Notes: generated by a model not told the origin, from the sequence alone. 43,607 nucleotides of DNA from Candidatus Zhuqueibacterota bacterium (GCA_016783505.1 JADHWK010000017.1:1-43607); one strand, 5' to 3'. Shown: positions 16,523 through 27,067, counted from the stretch's first letter. Numbers and translations are program-made.

Positions 16523-17887
16523 TTATCCAAAACGTTCCAGAAATCCGGTATCAAATTGACCCTTACGAAAATCGGGGTTGGTGATGACCCTCTGGTGAAA
16601 GGTAATGGTAGTCTTTACCCCTTCGACGACAAACTCTTCAAGTGCTCTTTCCATGCGGCCTAAGGCCTCCTCCCGGTTGCTGCCGTGGGTGATCACCTTG
16701 GCGAGCAAGGAATCATAATAGGGTGGGATCTCGTAACCGGCGTAGGCGTGTGTATCCACCCGAATGCCGGGTCCCCCAGGTACGTGGAAGGAGGTGATGT
16801 GACCCGGATTGGGCAAGAAGCTTTTATCGGGGTCCTCAGCATTGATACGACATTCAATGGCGTGGCCGTGGAGTTTGATGTCTGACTGGCGGCACCGCAT
16901 GGGCTCTCCCCCAGCCAGACGAATCTGTTCCTTAATGAGATCAATACTCGACACCAGTTCCGTAACCGGATGTTCCACCTGGATGCGGGTGTTCATCTCC
17001 ATAAAATAGAAGTTGCCATCCTTGTCCAATAGAAATTCGACCGTCCCCGCGCTCTGGTAGCCTATCGATTTGGCCCCGGTCACCGCCGACTGACAGATCT
17101 GCTGTCGTAATTCGGTATCAACGGCCGGGGACGGAGATTCCTCAATCAGTTTCTGGTGTCGTCGTTGAATCGAACACTCACGTTCTCCCAGATGGATCAT
17201 CTCCCCGTATTGGTCACCCAGAACCTGCACCTCTATGTGTCGGGGGTGATCCAGGTATTTTTCCAGATAGAGCTCCCCGCTGCCGAATCCGGCCTCGGCC
17301 TCGGCCCGGGCCATGTCGAAGGCGTTTTCCACGCCCCCCTCCTCCCTCACAATCCTCATCCCCCGGCCCCCACCACCGGCGGCCGCCTTGAGCATCACCG
17401 GATAACCGATCTCCCCGGCCAGTCTTCGGGCCTGGGACACATCCTCTAAATTACCATCGCTTCCCGGAATAACAGGAACCCCGGTCTTCTGCATGGTCAC
17501 CTTAGCCACCGCTTTATCCCCCATCAGAGAGATCATTTGGGCTGAGGGACCGATGAATTGCACACCGTTGGCGAGACAGATTTCCGCAAAGGAGGTGTTC
17601 TCCGCCAGAAAACCATAGCCCGGATGGATAGCATCAGAGGCGGTCACCTCAGCGGCGCTGATGATCCGGGGAATGTTGAGGTAGCTGGAGCCCACGGCAG
17701 GGGGGCCGATGCAAACCGCCTCATCGGCAAACCGCACGTGCAGGGAATCCCGATCAGCCTCGCTGTAGACGGCCACGGTAGCAATTCCCAATTCCTTGCA
17801 GGCCCGGATGATGCGGAGGGCGATCTCCCCCCGATTGGCGATCAATACCTTCTCTAACACGGGGATCCTTTTATATACTGGCTTCAA
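16523..17887 (-). CDS. accC: acetyl-CoA carboxylase biotin carboxylase subunit
   Basis: 454 aa with an ATP-grasp fold. Motifs present include [36 protein letters not shown] and [13 protein letters not shown]. Confidence 0.9.
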   Translation of the reverse strand: MKPVYKRIPVLEKVLIANRGEIALRIIRACKELGIATVAVYSEADRDSLHVRFADEAVCIGPPAVGSSYLNIPRIISAAEVTASDAIHPGYGFLAENTSFAEICLANGVQFIGPSAQMISLMGDKAVAKVTMQKTGVPVIPGSDGNLEDVSQARRLAGEIGYPVMLKAAAGGGGRGMRIVREEGGVENAFDMARAEAEAGFGSGELYLEKYLDHPRHIEVQVLGDQYGEMIHLGERECSIQRRHQKLIEESPSPAVDTELRQQICQSAVTGAKSIGYQSAGTVEFLLDKDGNFYFMEMNTRIQVEHPVTELVSSIDLIKEQIRLAGGEPMRCRQSDIKLHGHAIECRINAEDPDKSFLPNPGHITSFHVPGGPGIRVDTHAYAGYEIPPYYDSLLAKVITHGSNREEALGRMERALEEFVVEGVKTTITFHQRVITNPDFRKGQFDTGFLERFG

Positions 17888-18347
17888 TCAAAAACAGGGG
17901 CTGGTTATATTCCACTGGTTGCCCATCCTCGACCACAATTCTGGAAATTCGTCCGCTTAATTCCGATTCAATTTCATTCATGATCTTCATAGCTTCAATA
18001 ATACACAGGGTTTGCCCCAGGACCACCGCATCCCCCACCTCGACATATGGATCGGCGTTTGGAGCGGGGGCCCGGTAGAAGGTGCCCACCATTGGGGATT
18101 TAACCTCCTGTATGTTTTTGATTTCAGCAGCGGGTGGGCCTTCCTCGGGGGGGGGAACCGAAGAGGTCGGAACTTCCTGGGCCGGGGCCATCTGGGTGAC
18201 AGGATTGGGGGCTTCTACAGGAAATGGATTGGGGGTGGGACTAGCTTTGCTCACCCGCACCCGGCTACCGTCCTCCTCAACCTCAAGCTCAAGGATGTTG
18301 CTCTTCTCAACCAGTTTTATAATCTTTTTGATCTCTGACAAATTCAT
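17871..18347 (-). CDS. accB: biotin carboxyl carrier protein
   Basis: 158 aa with a Pro/Ala-rich linker and the C-terminal biotinyl domain containing the EAMKIMNEI motif. It overlaps the accC start. Confidence 0.85.
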   Translation of the reverse strand: MNLSEIKKIIKLVEKSNILELEVEEDGSRVRVSKASPTPNPFPVEAPNPVTQMAPAQEVPTSSVPPPEEGPPAAEIKNIQEVKSPMVGTFYRAPAPNADPYVEVGDAVVLGQTLCIIEAMKIMNEIESELSGRISRIVVEDGQPVEYNQPLFLIEASI

Positions 18348-18404
18348 GATCTCTCCTGATCAACTATCCATAGCTAAATTGATGACAATTTAGTAAACAG
18401 CATT

Positions 18405-18968
18405 CTATTTCTTGATCCTTTCGATGTAACTGCCGCTGCGGGTATCTATTTTCAAGATGTCCCCTTCCTCGATGAACAACGGAACGGTCACCACGGCGCC
18501 CGTCTCCACGGTGGCCGGCTTCGATCCCCCAGATGCCGTATCCCCCTTGAGTCCTGGTTCCGTTTTCTCAACTTTCAATTCTACGAAAAGAGGAAGTTCA
18601 ATTTGGACGGGCTGTTGGCCGTGGAATAGCACCTTTAAGGTCTCGCCTTCCTTTATAAATTTCCACCGCTCACCCAACAGTTTTCCTGACAGGGGAGTCT
18701 GTTCGTATGTGTCCTGATCCATAAAAAAATAGCTGTCCCCATCGCGGTAAAGATACTGCATGGGACGCCCCTCCAGCCTGACCTCCTCGATCTTTTCCCC
18801 GCCACGGAAGGTATTGTTAACTACCTGACCGGTGCGCACGTTTTTCAGCTTTGTCCGCACGAACGCCCCCCCCTTGCCCGGCTTCACGTGGAGAAATTCG
18901 ATAATCTCCCATAAGTTATCCCGGAACCTAATCGTCATTCCGTTTCTGAAATCAGCAGTGGTGGCCAT
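18405..18968 (-). CDS. efp: elongation factor P
   Basis: 187 aa with the N-terminal KOW domain and the modified-lysine loop KPGKGGAFVRTKLKN. Full EF-P three-domain length. Confidence 0.9.
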   Translation of the reverse strand: MATTADFRNGMTIRFRDNLWEIIEFLHVKPGKGGAFVRTKLKNVRTGQVVNNTFRGGEKIEEVRLEGRPMQYLYRDGDSYFFMDQDTYEQTPLSGKLLGERWKFIKEGETLKVLFHGQQPVQIELPLFVELKVEKTEPGLKGDTASGGSKPATVETGAVVTVPLFIEEGDILKIDTRSGSYIERIKK

Positions 18969-19035
18969 CTTTATATTACTTTATATTACTTTTAAAAATT
19001 AAATATCATTATGTGTTAAAACCAAGAATAATTAT

Positions 19036-19449
19036 CTATTGCTCCTCTAGAAATTCTCTTATTTTATCCATAGTTTCTTCTGTATGGCGTTCAATTTCAC
19101 ACTCCCATACTCGTAAGACCCGCCATCCGAGATCCGTTAATTCTTGCATATGTCTTTGATCTCGCTCTTTATTCTTTAAAAGTTTTTTAGCCCAATATTC
19201 GGTTCTAGTACCTGGTATTCTTCCCTCTTTACAATCCTTGTGCAAGTGCCAAAAACACCCATGAACAAATATAATTGCATTATATTTTTTTAAAACAATA
19301 TCTGGTTTTCCTATTAAATTTTTCACATTTATCCTGAATCTATAACCCATTGAATGCAAAAGGCTACGAACAAGCTTTTCAGGTTTCGTATCCTTACTTC
19401 GTATTCTTGACATCACTTCACTTCTTTTATCTTTAGTCCAAATATCCAT
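19036..19449 (-). CDS. vsr: very-short-patch repair endonuclease
   Basis: 137 aa with FVHGCFWH and the downstream motifs typical of Vsr. It sits immediately downstream of a C5-methyltransferase gene, the classical dcm-vsr arrangement. Confidence 0.85.
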   Translation of the reverse strand: MDIWTKDKRSEVMSRIRSKDTKPEKLVRSLLHSMGYRFRINVKNLIGKPDIVLKKYNAIIFVHGCFWHLHKDCKEGRIPGTRTEYWAKKLLKNKERDQRHMQELTDLGWRVLRVWECEIERHTEETMDKIREFLEEQ

Positions 19450-19473
19450 ACTGTAAGCTTATATTAATTATTC

Positions 19474-20604
19474 CTAATTCAAAATTTTTACAATAAATGA
19501 TTTTAAGGATTTTGCAAAATTAAAAGCAAGAGGCATAGGCACCCCATTGCTAATTAGCTTGAATTTGTTTGTTAAAGAACCACCTTCAGGCAGAATATAC
19601 GTGTCAGGTATCCCTTGGATCCTTATAACTTCCCTTACTGAAAGCCTTCTTGCTTTCCAAGGGTGAAGGTGAACTTCATTGTTTCCGTAACAGGCTGTCG
19701 GACTATATCGAAAACGGTGGAGTCTTTTAAATGATTTTCTGTATGTATCCCCCTCGTCAATTTCGTAAAACTTCTTAGAGTGTGGTTTAAAATATTCCAT
19801 ACCATTTGGCAAGTCTTCAGGCGAGGGATTAGTACTCAATGATGCATATACTGCCAAATTTTCCGGAATAAATTCCGGTTTTAAGACATTGCTTCCAAAT
19901 TTATTTCTAGTAGGCCATTCAATAGTTTCTATATTTTTAAATTTTCCTTTCGGAAAAGGAAACCAATTGGAATCGAAGTAATGTTTTGTAGTTTTGATTA
20001 TTTTATTCAATAATTGCATTCTCATACCGACTAAAAACATCCTTGGTCTGTCCTGTGGTACGCCAAATTGTAATGCATTTAAGATAGTCAAGTCTGTGAT
20101 GTATCTATTTTCTGTCAAATGTAATCTTAATTTTTCTAGAAACAATCTATGTTTTCTTATACGGAATAGACCAGATACGTTCTCCATAACAAAAAATGTA
20201 GGTTGCATATTAATTATCAATTCAATAAAAACCTGGGTCAATCTCCCTTTTTCACCACTAAATCCCAGGTTTTTACCACTATTGCTAAAATCTGGACAAG
20301 GCGGACCTCCTATAACACCCCAAATAGAAGGTTCTTGATTTCCAAAAGCTCTATCTTTGATTTCTTTAGAATTTAAGGATTCTATAGACCGTCTTTCTAT
20401 TATTTTTGCATCTTTTTTTATACCTTCAGCTTTTCGCCAGTGATTATATCCACATTCATATAACTCTATGAAACATGAATTGTTTTCATTGGTCCAAACA
20501 ATATCAAACCCGGCTTTCTCAAATCCCATATCCAAGAAACCAGCGCCTGTAAAAAAAGAAAGAATGGGAATATTTTTAAATAATTGTTCTTGATTATTTT
20601 GCAT
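19474..20604 (-). CDS. dcm: DNA (cytosine-5)-methyltransferase
   Basis: 376 aa. C5-MTase motifs present: motif I FFTGAGFLDMGF, motif IV PC (GGPPCPDFS; Gln replaced by Pro), motif VI ENV (FVMENVSGL), motif VIII QFGVPQDRPRMF and C-terminal motif X (ISNGVPMPLA). Confidence 0.85.
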   Translation of the reverse strand: MQNNQEQLFKNIPILSFFTGAGFLDMGFEKAGFDIVWTNENNSCFIELYECGYNHWRKAEGIKKDAKIIERRSIESLNSKEIKDRAFGNQEPSIWGVIGGPPCPDFSNSGKNLGFSGEKGRLTQVFIELIINMQPTFFVMENVSGLFRIRKHRLFLEKLRLHLTENRYITDLTILNALQFGVPQDRPRMFLVGMRMQLLNKIIKTTKHYFDSNWFPFPKGKFKNIETIEWPTRNKFGSNVLKPEFIPENLAVYASLSTNPSPEDLPNGMEYFKPHSKKFYEIDEGDTYRKSFKRLHRFRYSPTACYGNNEVHLHPWKARRLSVREVIRIQGIPDTYILPEGGSLTNKFKLISNGVPMPLAFNFAKSLKSFIVKILN

Positions 20605-20657
20605 TTTTGAAAATAAATAATTATTTTAATAATTCAAATTCATATATTTTAAATGAT

Positions 20658-22382
20658 TCACGATTTTTCATCATAATAATAAAATGGAGGAGGAAATCTT
20701 AGTATATGATCATCTTCGTCTGCATCCTGAATTGTTGTAACATCTTTCAACCATTCTCTGAGAAAGCTTTCTGCTCTTGGATCTTCACCGGTTTTATTAA
20801 CAAATTTTATAGGATTACCGAGCTTTAAATAGCGAGGAGTAGCTCCTAGCCTATTTTTAAGTTCAATACCAGCAGCAAAACGGCGAATATCAGACACGAA
20901 ATCTAAGACTATTACTTTATCTTTACCAGGGCTTATCCGTAATCCGCGGCCAAGTTGTTGTACAAATATTCGCCTACTATGTGTTACTCTCTGAAAAACC
21001 AATATATTTACATCTGGAACATCTATGCCCTCGTTAAAAATATCAACTGCACAAATTATACCAATAAGACCATCAGAAAAATCACATAACATTACACTAC
21101 GGTCTATTGGGCTCATCTTCCTTCCATTATAGGTCCCACTGTAAATTACAGTAGCATTCGTAAATCCGGTAGCATTTATTTTGTCTCTCATCGTAAAAGC
21201 ATGGTCTATCCTTGAACAAAAAACTATTGCTTTAGGGTTTTTCACTTGATACCATGTTTTACGAAGAACATCTATAACAGCATCGTCCCATTCCTTGATG
21301 AAAAGAGTGCGGTTTAAAGCTCGCGGGGTGACATTTTTAATTTCTACCAGCTGTTTCCAGTTAACGTTGTCTACATGCATCCTATAGTCCACGTTTGCTA
21401 GGAAACCGTTTGCCATGCCCTGAATTATATCTATGCAACATAGTTTTTCAGTGAAAAGTTCTTCAAGATCCTGCTCATCGCTCCGCCAGGGAGTTGCCGT
21501 CATTCCTAGCAAAAAAGGCCCACTACGGTTTCCTGCTCTGGTTTCACTTAATAGTCCCATGTAAGTTGGGCTTCCTGCATGGTGAGCTTCGTCTATTATA
21601 ATCATGTCGTAGGAAACAGGCAACTCTCCAAATTTTTTAAGTTCATTTGACACTGAGTCAACGCAGGCAAATGTGATTATACTAGATTCAAGATTTCCCC
21701 TTTCATAACCGTTCCATACTATAGTTGTTTGGTTTTTTGTAAGGAATGGCCAGAATGCTCTTTCAAGCTGATATACAAGTTCATTCGTATGTGCAAGCAC
21801 AAGGACTCTTCTTAATTTTTCAGGATTCCTGCTCAGCAACTGGCGGACTGCGGAAGCGGCAACAAAGGTTTTCCCTAAGCCGGTAGCCATAATTATGATT
21901 CCGGACTTATTATCTCCTGCTAGAAAACAATTTACAATATTTTTTATAGGGGATTCCTGGTATTTACGGTGGGATTTTAAACAACTACTGCTTTCTGGAA
22001 GCGAACCCCATTCCCTTTTCAATTTTGCGCCATCCCAGAGCTGCAGCGGTATGCCGCTAGCTTGAAGGGTAACTTGTCTCTGGTATACATCTGTTCGGAA
22101 AAACCGATTTGTTGCTATTATAGGTATTTCGGACCTGTATCTTCTGGAGGCTTCTATAATTTCGTCAACAACATCATTGTCAATATTCCCAGAGCTCCGA
22201 AACTTAACTTGTACAATGTAGCGTTTACCGTACCTTCTTGCCAAGATATCCGCACCTCCATCTCCTGTTCTGCCAACAAGCCTGACATCTTCAAAAAAAC
22301 CGTGAATCATTAACCTAGCAACCGCGCGTTCCATTGCCTGCCATGGCCCGCATGATATTAGCTCATCGCTGATAAATGGCAT
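20658..22382 (-). CDS. Mrr-like restriction endonuclease domain fused to a superfamily-2 DEAH helicase
   Basis: 574 aa. The N-terminus has a PD-(D/E)xK Mrr_cat-type motif (GRTGDGGADI ... IVQVK; Q-x-K is the Mrr variant). Helicase motifs present: I MATGLGKT, II IIDEAHH, III MTATPWR and VI QQLGRGLR. Confidence 0.8.
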   Translation of the reverse strand: MPFISDELISCGPWQAMERAVARLMIHGFFEDVRLVGRTGDGGADILARRYGKRYIVQVKFRSSGNIDNDVVDEIIEASRRYRSEIPIIATNRFFRTDVYQRQVTLQASGIPLQLWDGAKLKREWGSLPESSSCLKSHRKYQESPIKNIVNCFLAGDNKSGIIIMATGLGKTFVAASAVRQLLSRNPEKLRRVLVLAHTNELVYQLERAFWPFLTKNQTTIVWNGYERGNLESSIITFACVDSVSNELKKFGELPVSYDMIIIDEAHHAGSPTYMGLLSETRAGNRSGPFLLGMTATPWRSDEQDLEELFTEKLCCIDIIQGMANGFLANVDYRMHVDNVNWKQLVEIKNVTPRALNRTLFIKEWDDAVIDVLRKTWYQVKNPKAIVFCSRIDHAFTMRDKINATGFTNATVIYSGTYNGRKMSPIDRSVMLCDFSDGLIGIICAVDIFNEGIDVPDVNILVFQRVTHSRRIFVQQLGRGLRISPGKDKVIVLDFVSDIRRFAAGIELKNRLGATPRYLKLGNPIKFVNKTGEDPRAESFLREWLKDVTTIQDADEDDHILRFPPPFYYYDEKS

Positions 22383-22399
22383 TATAAACTCCGTAATGT

Positions 22400-24931
22400 T
22401 TAAACTAGGCGATCCGTTACCATCCTCAAAGTCTGATTTATTTTCCTAATATAGTTAATGTCGGGATTCCTATATTCAGAGAACGCTAGCATATCCTCAA
22501 GGCACCTTTGGTATTTACCAACAATCTCTTTCTTAATCTTTTGCAGGGTCTGCGGATCAGGTACATCTAGTTTTTCATAAAGTTCTTCCCAGTATTTACC
22601 ATCGAAGAATTTATCAGGGTAGTTTCGGAAAAGGGTTACTATCATATTATCTGGTAAATACCTCAGGTATTCCCCGCTTTTAGTAAGTTCATCCTTCCTG
22701 TGCAAAAGGTTATTTTTGTGAAGTTGATCAATCACACATGACTGTTCCTTATCGTCCATGTTTTCATATATAGATTGCGATGTTCTTCCGAAAAGACTGG
22801 GGAGGGCATCACCCATCTGTCTGAAGAATTCTTTGACTTCTCTAGATACTTCTTCGCTGTCAAGCTCTACCCGTTTCCTCCAAACCTCAGAATGGATCAG
22901 GTAATATAGGTTGGAATGGGACCATAATTGTCTGCTTTCATCTGTAATCCTGCCCTGGTAGCTCTGCCATATCCATTTTGCAACTTCGATAGAAATAATA
23001 TCTTCTGGTCTGTCCTGGTATCTATTATAAATCGGGTGGGTCTGGTCGAGGAAAACATGCATTTCATTTGCAGTACAGTGCACCACTGCTGGCAACCTGA
23101 ATTCGCCTCTCTGCAATACTAAACCGTTATTTACGTAATAAGCCTTTAGCTGTAACGATGACATAGAGATGCCATCGGGAAGTTTAATAGAGAGGCTTTC
23201 GCTAGAAAGATCACCAACCATAGTAGAATTTTCTTTTAAATATTCAAATTTAAACGTATCTTCAACCCCTCGAGGTAGCCCGCACCTTCTACACTTAAAA
23301 GCATCGGGTGGGTTTCTCCGCAGACAAGAATTGCACGTCCATTCTCTTTCTTCTTCAGGTACCTGGTTTTTACCACAGTTAGGACATGTAGGGGCTGAAA
23401 GGGCTATATCTTGGCCGCATTCTATACATTTTTTAGCAATAAAAATGTGGCCGCAGTGACACTGTTCCTCATTTTTGAGACATTGCATACCACAGTTAGG
23501 ACACTCTTTCATTTCAGGTGCTGGTCGGATATCTGCCCTCTCAACAAGCGCCCACCATCCAGAATCGTCTTTGGGACCGTAACCGGGTTCATTTTTTTCA
23601 AACTTCTCGTACAATTCCTTTTCAACTTCTCTAGAAATACGGCTAGGACCACCTTTGCTTTCATCCCAGTAACCCAAATACATATCGGACCGTCCAGGTT
23701 TCCTGACTCTTCTATACCCCTGGAAGAGCTTATAAATTGGCGATTTGTTTTCTGGTTCGTTATAGGACCGCTGGGTCTCTGGCAAAAGAGAGCTATCTCC
23801 GCGCAGGAATTTTATTATTTCTATCCACTCAGGCGACGTACTCTGAAAATCAGTTTTTGTAAAATCTGTAGGTACATGGTCAATATGGACTTCCCCTACT
23901 ATACGCCCGTGTATTCCATCAACAACATATTCCTTAATTTTTTCTCCTGTAGCTTCAGGAGTCCAATAAAACACAGCTTCTTTTTCTTCTATAAGGATTG
24001 CCCTTCCGTTTCTAATAAAATCTATGCCATATTTATTTTGGTCATCGAACCGCTGAATTCCTACAAACCCTTTAATTAAACATTCCCTAGTTTTGACTTT
24101 ACCCGCTTTTCCGCAATGTTCACATTCATCCATATGCAATGGAACTAAGCTGCTACAGGTATAGCATCTTTTCTCTGTCCTGAGTATCTCATGAAAATCA
24201 AACCTCGCCGGGATACGTCCGTGCCCGATTCTTTCTACAAACCTGTTAGCTCCCCATACACAATGGTGAAAAACAGGGCATTCCCTGCTATTTACATTTA
24301 TATTTAATTTTTTCCTTAACAAAGTAGAGTACCTTCTACCAATCTGCTTTGTAAGCTTAGGAATACCTATGTTAACAAGTTTTTTTATAAATCCGTAATT
24401 CTGGGTCCCTTCCTCCCACCAGTCTGAAATTTCTACTTCAACACCTGTATATTCTTCATATGCTTTCGGGCATTCTTCAACGGGCACATCAAAAGTTCCA
24501 CCTTTGACTAGCTCTGGCAGATTAATTGTGATGCAAAAAAGATTTTTATCTTCTTTCCGCGCAGTTCTAAATACAGTTTTTTTTCCTAGTTTCCCTGTTG
24601 AAATATTAAAACCCATGCCGAAAAGTCCTAGTTTCCCGATTGCTTCATGTCCGCTGAACCCCGCCCTTACTGCGTCATTAGCTTCTTCCTTGCTTAATCC
24701 TGGACCATTATCTCTAATAATCACTCTACCGATTTCTTCATCAATTTCCCTCCTTGTAGGCAACGTAATGTCAATAGTTGGATTTTTAATTTCCAGCCCC
24801 TCCTCTTTTGCTTCACTAAATCCATCAACAGAATTATCAATTAATTCACAAATTGCATTAATAGGTGGCATAGGATTATGTGTAATAACTTCAAGGATTC
24901 TGGGATTCGGTGTAATATTAATAGTTTTCAT
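22400..24931 (-). CDS. GHKL-superfamily ATPase (MORC/MutL/HATPase_c-like) with central array of zinc-ribbons and a large uncharacterised C-terminal region
   Basis: 843 aa. Bergerat fold motifs present: N-box ELIDNSVDGF, G1 IRDNGPGL and G2 GLFGMGFNIS. The middle region has at least 5 CxxC pairs in tandem (CYTCS...CEHCG; CPNCG...CHCG; CIECG...CPNCG; CNSCL...CRRCG). The about 330-aa C-terminal region has no recognised domain. Confidence 0.75.
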   Translation of the reverse strand: MKTINITPNPRILEVITHNPMPPINAICELIDNSVDGFSEAKEEGLEIKNPTIDITLPTRREIDEEIGRVIIRDNGPGLSKEEANDAVRAGFSGHEAIGKLGLFGMGFNISTGKLGKKTVFRTARKEDKNLFCITINLPELVKGGTFDVPVEECPKAYEEYTGVEVEISDWWEEGTQNYGFIKKLVNIGIPKLTKQIGRRYSTLLRKKLNINVNSRECPVFHHCVWGANRFVERIGHGRIPARFDFHEILRTEKRCYTCSSLVPLHMDECEHCGKAGKVKTRECLIKGFVGIQRFDDQNKYGIDFIRNGRAILIEEKEAVFYWTPEATGEKIKEYVVDGIHGRIVGEVHIDHVPTDFTKTDFQSTSPEWIEIIKFLRGDSSLLPETQRSYNEPENKSPIYKLFQGYRRVRKPGRSDMYLGYWDESKGGPSRISREVEKELYEKFEKNEPGYGPKDDSGWWALVERADIRPAPEMKECPNCGMQCLKNEEQCHCGHIFIAKKCIECGQDIALSAPTCPNCGKNQVPEEEREWTCNSCLRRNPPDAFKCRRCGLPRGVEDTFKFEYLKENSTMVGDLSSESLSIKLPDGISMSSLQLKAYYVNNGLVLQRGEFRLPAVVHCTANEMHVFLDQTHPIYNRYQDRPEDIISIEVAKWIWQSYQGRITDESRQLWSHSNLYYLIHSEVWRKRVELDSEEVSREVKEFFRQMGDALPSLFGRTSQSIYENMDDKEQSCVIDQLHKNNLLHRKDELTKSGEYLRYLPDNMIVTLFRNYPDKFFDGKYWEELYEKLDVPDPQTLQKIKKEIVGKYQRCLEDMLAFSEYRNPDINYIRKINQTLRMVTDRLV

Positions 24932-24993
24932 CTTAACCCTCCATTACTATCAAAACTTTAACAACAATTCTTCCACACCATCAAAAAAGTACT

Positions 24994-26271
24994 TCAGTCT
25001 CGCATCGCACAATATTCCCCGCACATGGTGCACATTTGCTGGTCCGGGGTGGTCCCTCCTTGATCGTGCAATTCTTGAGCCCTTTTAGGATCAATGCTTA
25101 AGGCGATGTGTTCCTTCCAATCAAACCGCTTTCGGGCCTCGGAGAGCCGATCGTCCACCTCCCGGGCTCCAGGAATCCCTTTGGCGATGTCACCGGCGTG
25201 GGCAGCGATGCGGGCGGCGATCACTCCTTCCCGCACATCGTCCACATTGGGTAGACGTAGATGCTCCGAGGGGGTCACGTAACAGAGAAAATCGGCACCG
25301 GCGGCCGCCGCCATGGCCCCACCGATAGCCGAGGTGATGTGATCATACCCGGGGGCAAAATCGGTCACCAGGGGTCCTAATACATAGAAGGGAGCCCCAT
25401 GGCAGAGCTTTTTTTCCAGTTCTACGTTAATGGCCACCTCGTGCAGGGGGATGTGACCCGGCCCCTCCACCATAACCTGCACCCCGGTTTTCCGGGCCCG
25501 GTCCACCAGCTCGCCCAGGGTGATGACCTCTTCAATCTGGGTGCGGTCGGTAGCATCCTTTAAACTTCCCGGCCTCATCCCATCCCCCAGGCTTAAGGTA
25601 ACGTTAAACTCCCCGGCCATTTCTAACAACCGATCGTAATGCTCATAAAGAGGGTTTTCCCTGCCGTGATGCTGCATCCACTTGACTAAAAAAGATCCTC
25701 CCCGACTCACCACCCCCACTAAACGGCCCTCTTTTTCCATCCGTTCCACAGCGCTTAACGTCACCCCGCAGTGAACGGTAATATAATCAATCCCGTCTTC
25801 CAGATGGCGGCGAATGGCATCAAAGATATCATCAGGGGTCATCTCCACTATGTGCTTTTTTCGCTTAGCCATGTCGCAAGCAGCCTCGTAGATGGGAACC
25901 GACCCCACCGGAACAGTGGAAACCTCCATGATCCTTCGCCTGATTTCCCTTAAATTTCCCCCGATAGAAAGGTCCATAATGGTATCGGCTCCATTGGCAA
26001 TGGCCGTTCTCACCTTTTCCAATTCCATCTCAAGGTCAACTTTTTCGGGTGAAGTGCCCAGGTTGGCATTAACCTTCGTCCGGAGACCCTCTCCTACCGC
26101 CAACAGCTTTGCCTTCAGGTGCCGCTTGTTTCGGAACAGAACCACCCGGCCCGAGTTTATTTTCTCCTCCAGCTCCCGAACCGAAATACGTTCCTCTTCA
26201 CTTACTTGCTTAACCGCCGCCGCAAAATTTTTATCTTCAAACAAATGTGAATAGCTCAATGTAATCTCCAA
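24994..26271 (-). CDS. thiC: phosphomethylpyrimidine synthase
   Basis: 425 aa with the radical-SAM-like ThiC core, the conserved C-terminal CxxCxxxxC cluster (CTMCGEYC) and characteristic GPGHIPL and DxxxQxEE motifs. Confidence 0.9.
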   Translation of the reverse strand: MEITLSYSHLFEDKNFAAAVKQVSEEERISVRELEEKINSGRVVLFRNKRHLKAKLLAVGEGLRTKVNANLGTSPEKVDLEMELEKVRTAIANGADTIMDLSIGGNLREIRRRIMEVSTVPVGSVPIYEAACDMAKRKKHIVEMTPDDIFDAIRRHLEDGIDYITVHCGVTLSAVERMEKEGRLVGVVSRGGSFLVKWMQHHGRENPLYEHYDRLLEMAGEFNVTLSLGDGMRPGSLKDATDRTQIEEVITLGELVDRARKTGVQVMVEGPGHIPLHEVAINVELEKKLCHGAPFYVLGPLVTDFAPGYDHITSAIGGAMAAAAGADFLCYVTPSEHLRLPNVDDVREGVIAARIAAHAGDIAKGIPGAREVDDRLSEARKRFDWKEHIALSIDPKRAQELHDQGGTTPDQQMCTMCGEYCAMRD

Positions 26272-26305
26272 AGTTATTTTTCTTTTTGTTTAGAAGATAT
26301 ATTTT

Positions 26306-26731
26306 TTAATCCTCTTCAAATGTTATTCTTGCCAACACAAACCTTGAAATCTTCTCCGCTGCTTCAAAAGCCTCATATGCATCTCTCTCACCAATGGCTT
26401 CCCAGGGTAGATCTCCCGGGTAACGACCTTCTTCGATATATTCGTCTAACAGTTTGCATTCCTCTCTTAAATCTTCAAAGTCCGAATCAAACTCAATGGC
26501 ATAGGCTAACAGGTTCTCTTAATCGTGAATTTTCTTAAGTCTCCATCCATTCCAGATAAGGTAGGCTTTCAAGTATTTTTCTGCACATCCTTGACATATA
26601 AAACATACTGTATGGCATGGAATGAAATGTTCACCCTCAAAATCAGATTTAATAGATTTTTTTGCGGCAATCAAATTATCCCTTGCAAAAAGTAGCCATT
26701 CCTTAACATATTCAACATTATTTTTTTTCAT
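26306..26731 (-). pseudogene. HEPN-domain toxin interrupted by an in-frame TAA
   Basis: The first part, from the internal Met, reads MKKNNVEYVKEWLLFARDNLIAAKKSI...CQGCAEKYLKAYLIWNGWRLKKIHD and stops at TAA (26519-26521). The same frame continues ENLLAYAIEF...LLDEYIEEGRYPGD..., which contains the HEPN RYP (Rx4-6H-type) region. The stop sits at a position normally occupied by Leu (TTA), consistent with a single-nucleotide nonsense change. Confidence 0.55.
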
Positions 26732-27067
26732 ATAATACCTTTCCGTCCTTAAAGATATGATACAGATAAAAATGATCCCCCATTTCAAATCTTCGCTTAA
26801 CTTCTTCCGTTTTTCGAACCCATAAATCAACTGGAAATTTCCTGCCCCAGAGCAAATCTGCCACTTTTCTTCGCATCATCCGACTATTGTGGTCGCCGTC
26901 CTTGATAATAAATAAGTCTAAATCACTACTTTCACGATAATCTCCCTTAGCATAAGAACCAAATAAGATAATCTTTTCAGGATTAATGGCTCTTACAATT
27001 TTCTGAACGATATATTGTATTAACTCCGGGGTAATTTTAGAAGTAGCTAATTTTTTATCACCTGTCA

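Noticed and set aside
18961-18981. Tandem 10-bp direct repeat TTTATATTAC x2 at the efp/island boundary as a possible integration target-site duplication
   Set aside because: It is very short and in AT-rich DNA where such repeats arise by chance. No matching repeat was found at the other island boundary near 24940-24990.
23411-24079. 222-aa plus-strand ORF inside the GHKL ATPase gene
   Set aside because: It is antisense to a gene with clear conserved motifs. The AT-rich region produces a long hydrophobic pseudo-ORF.
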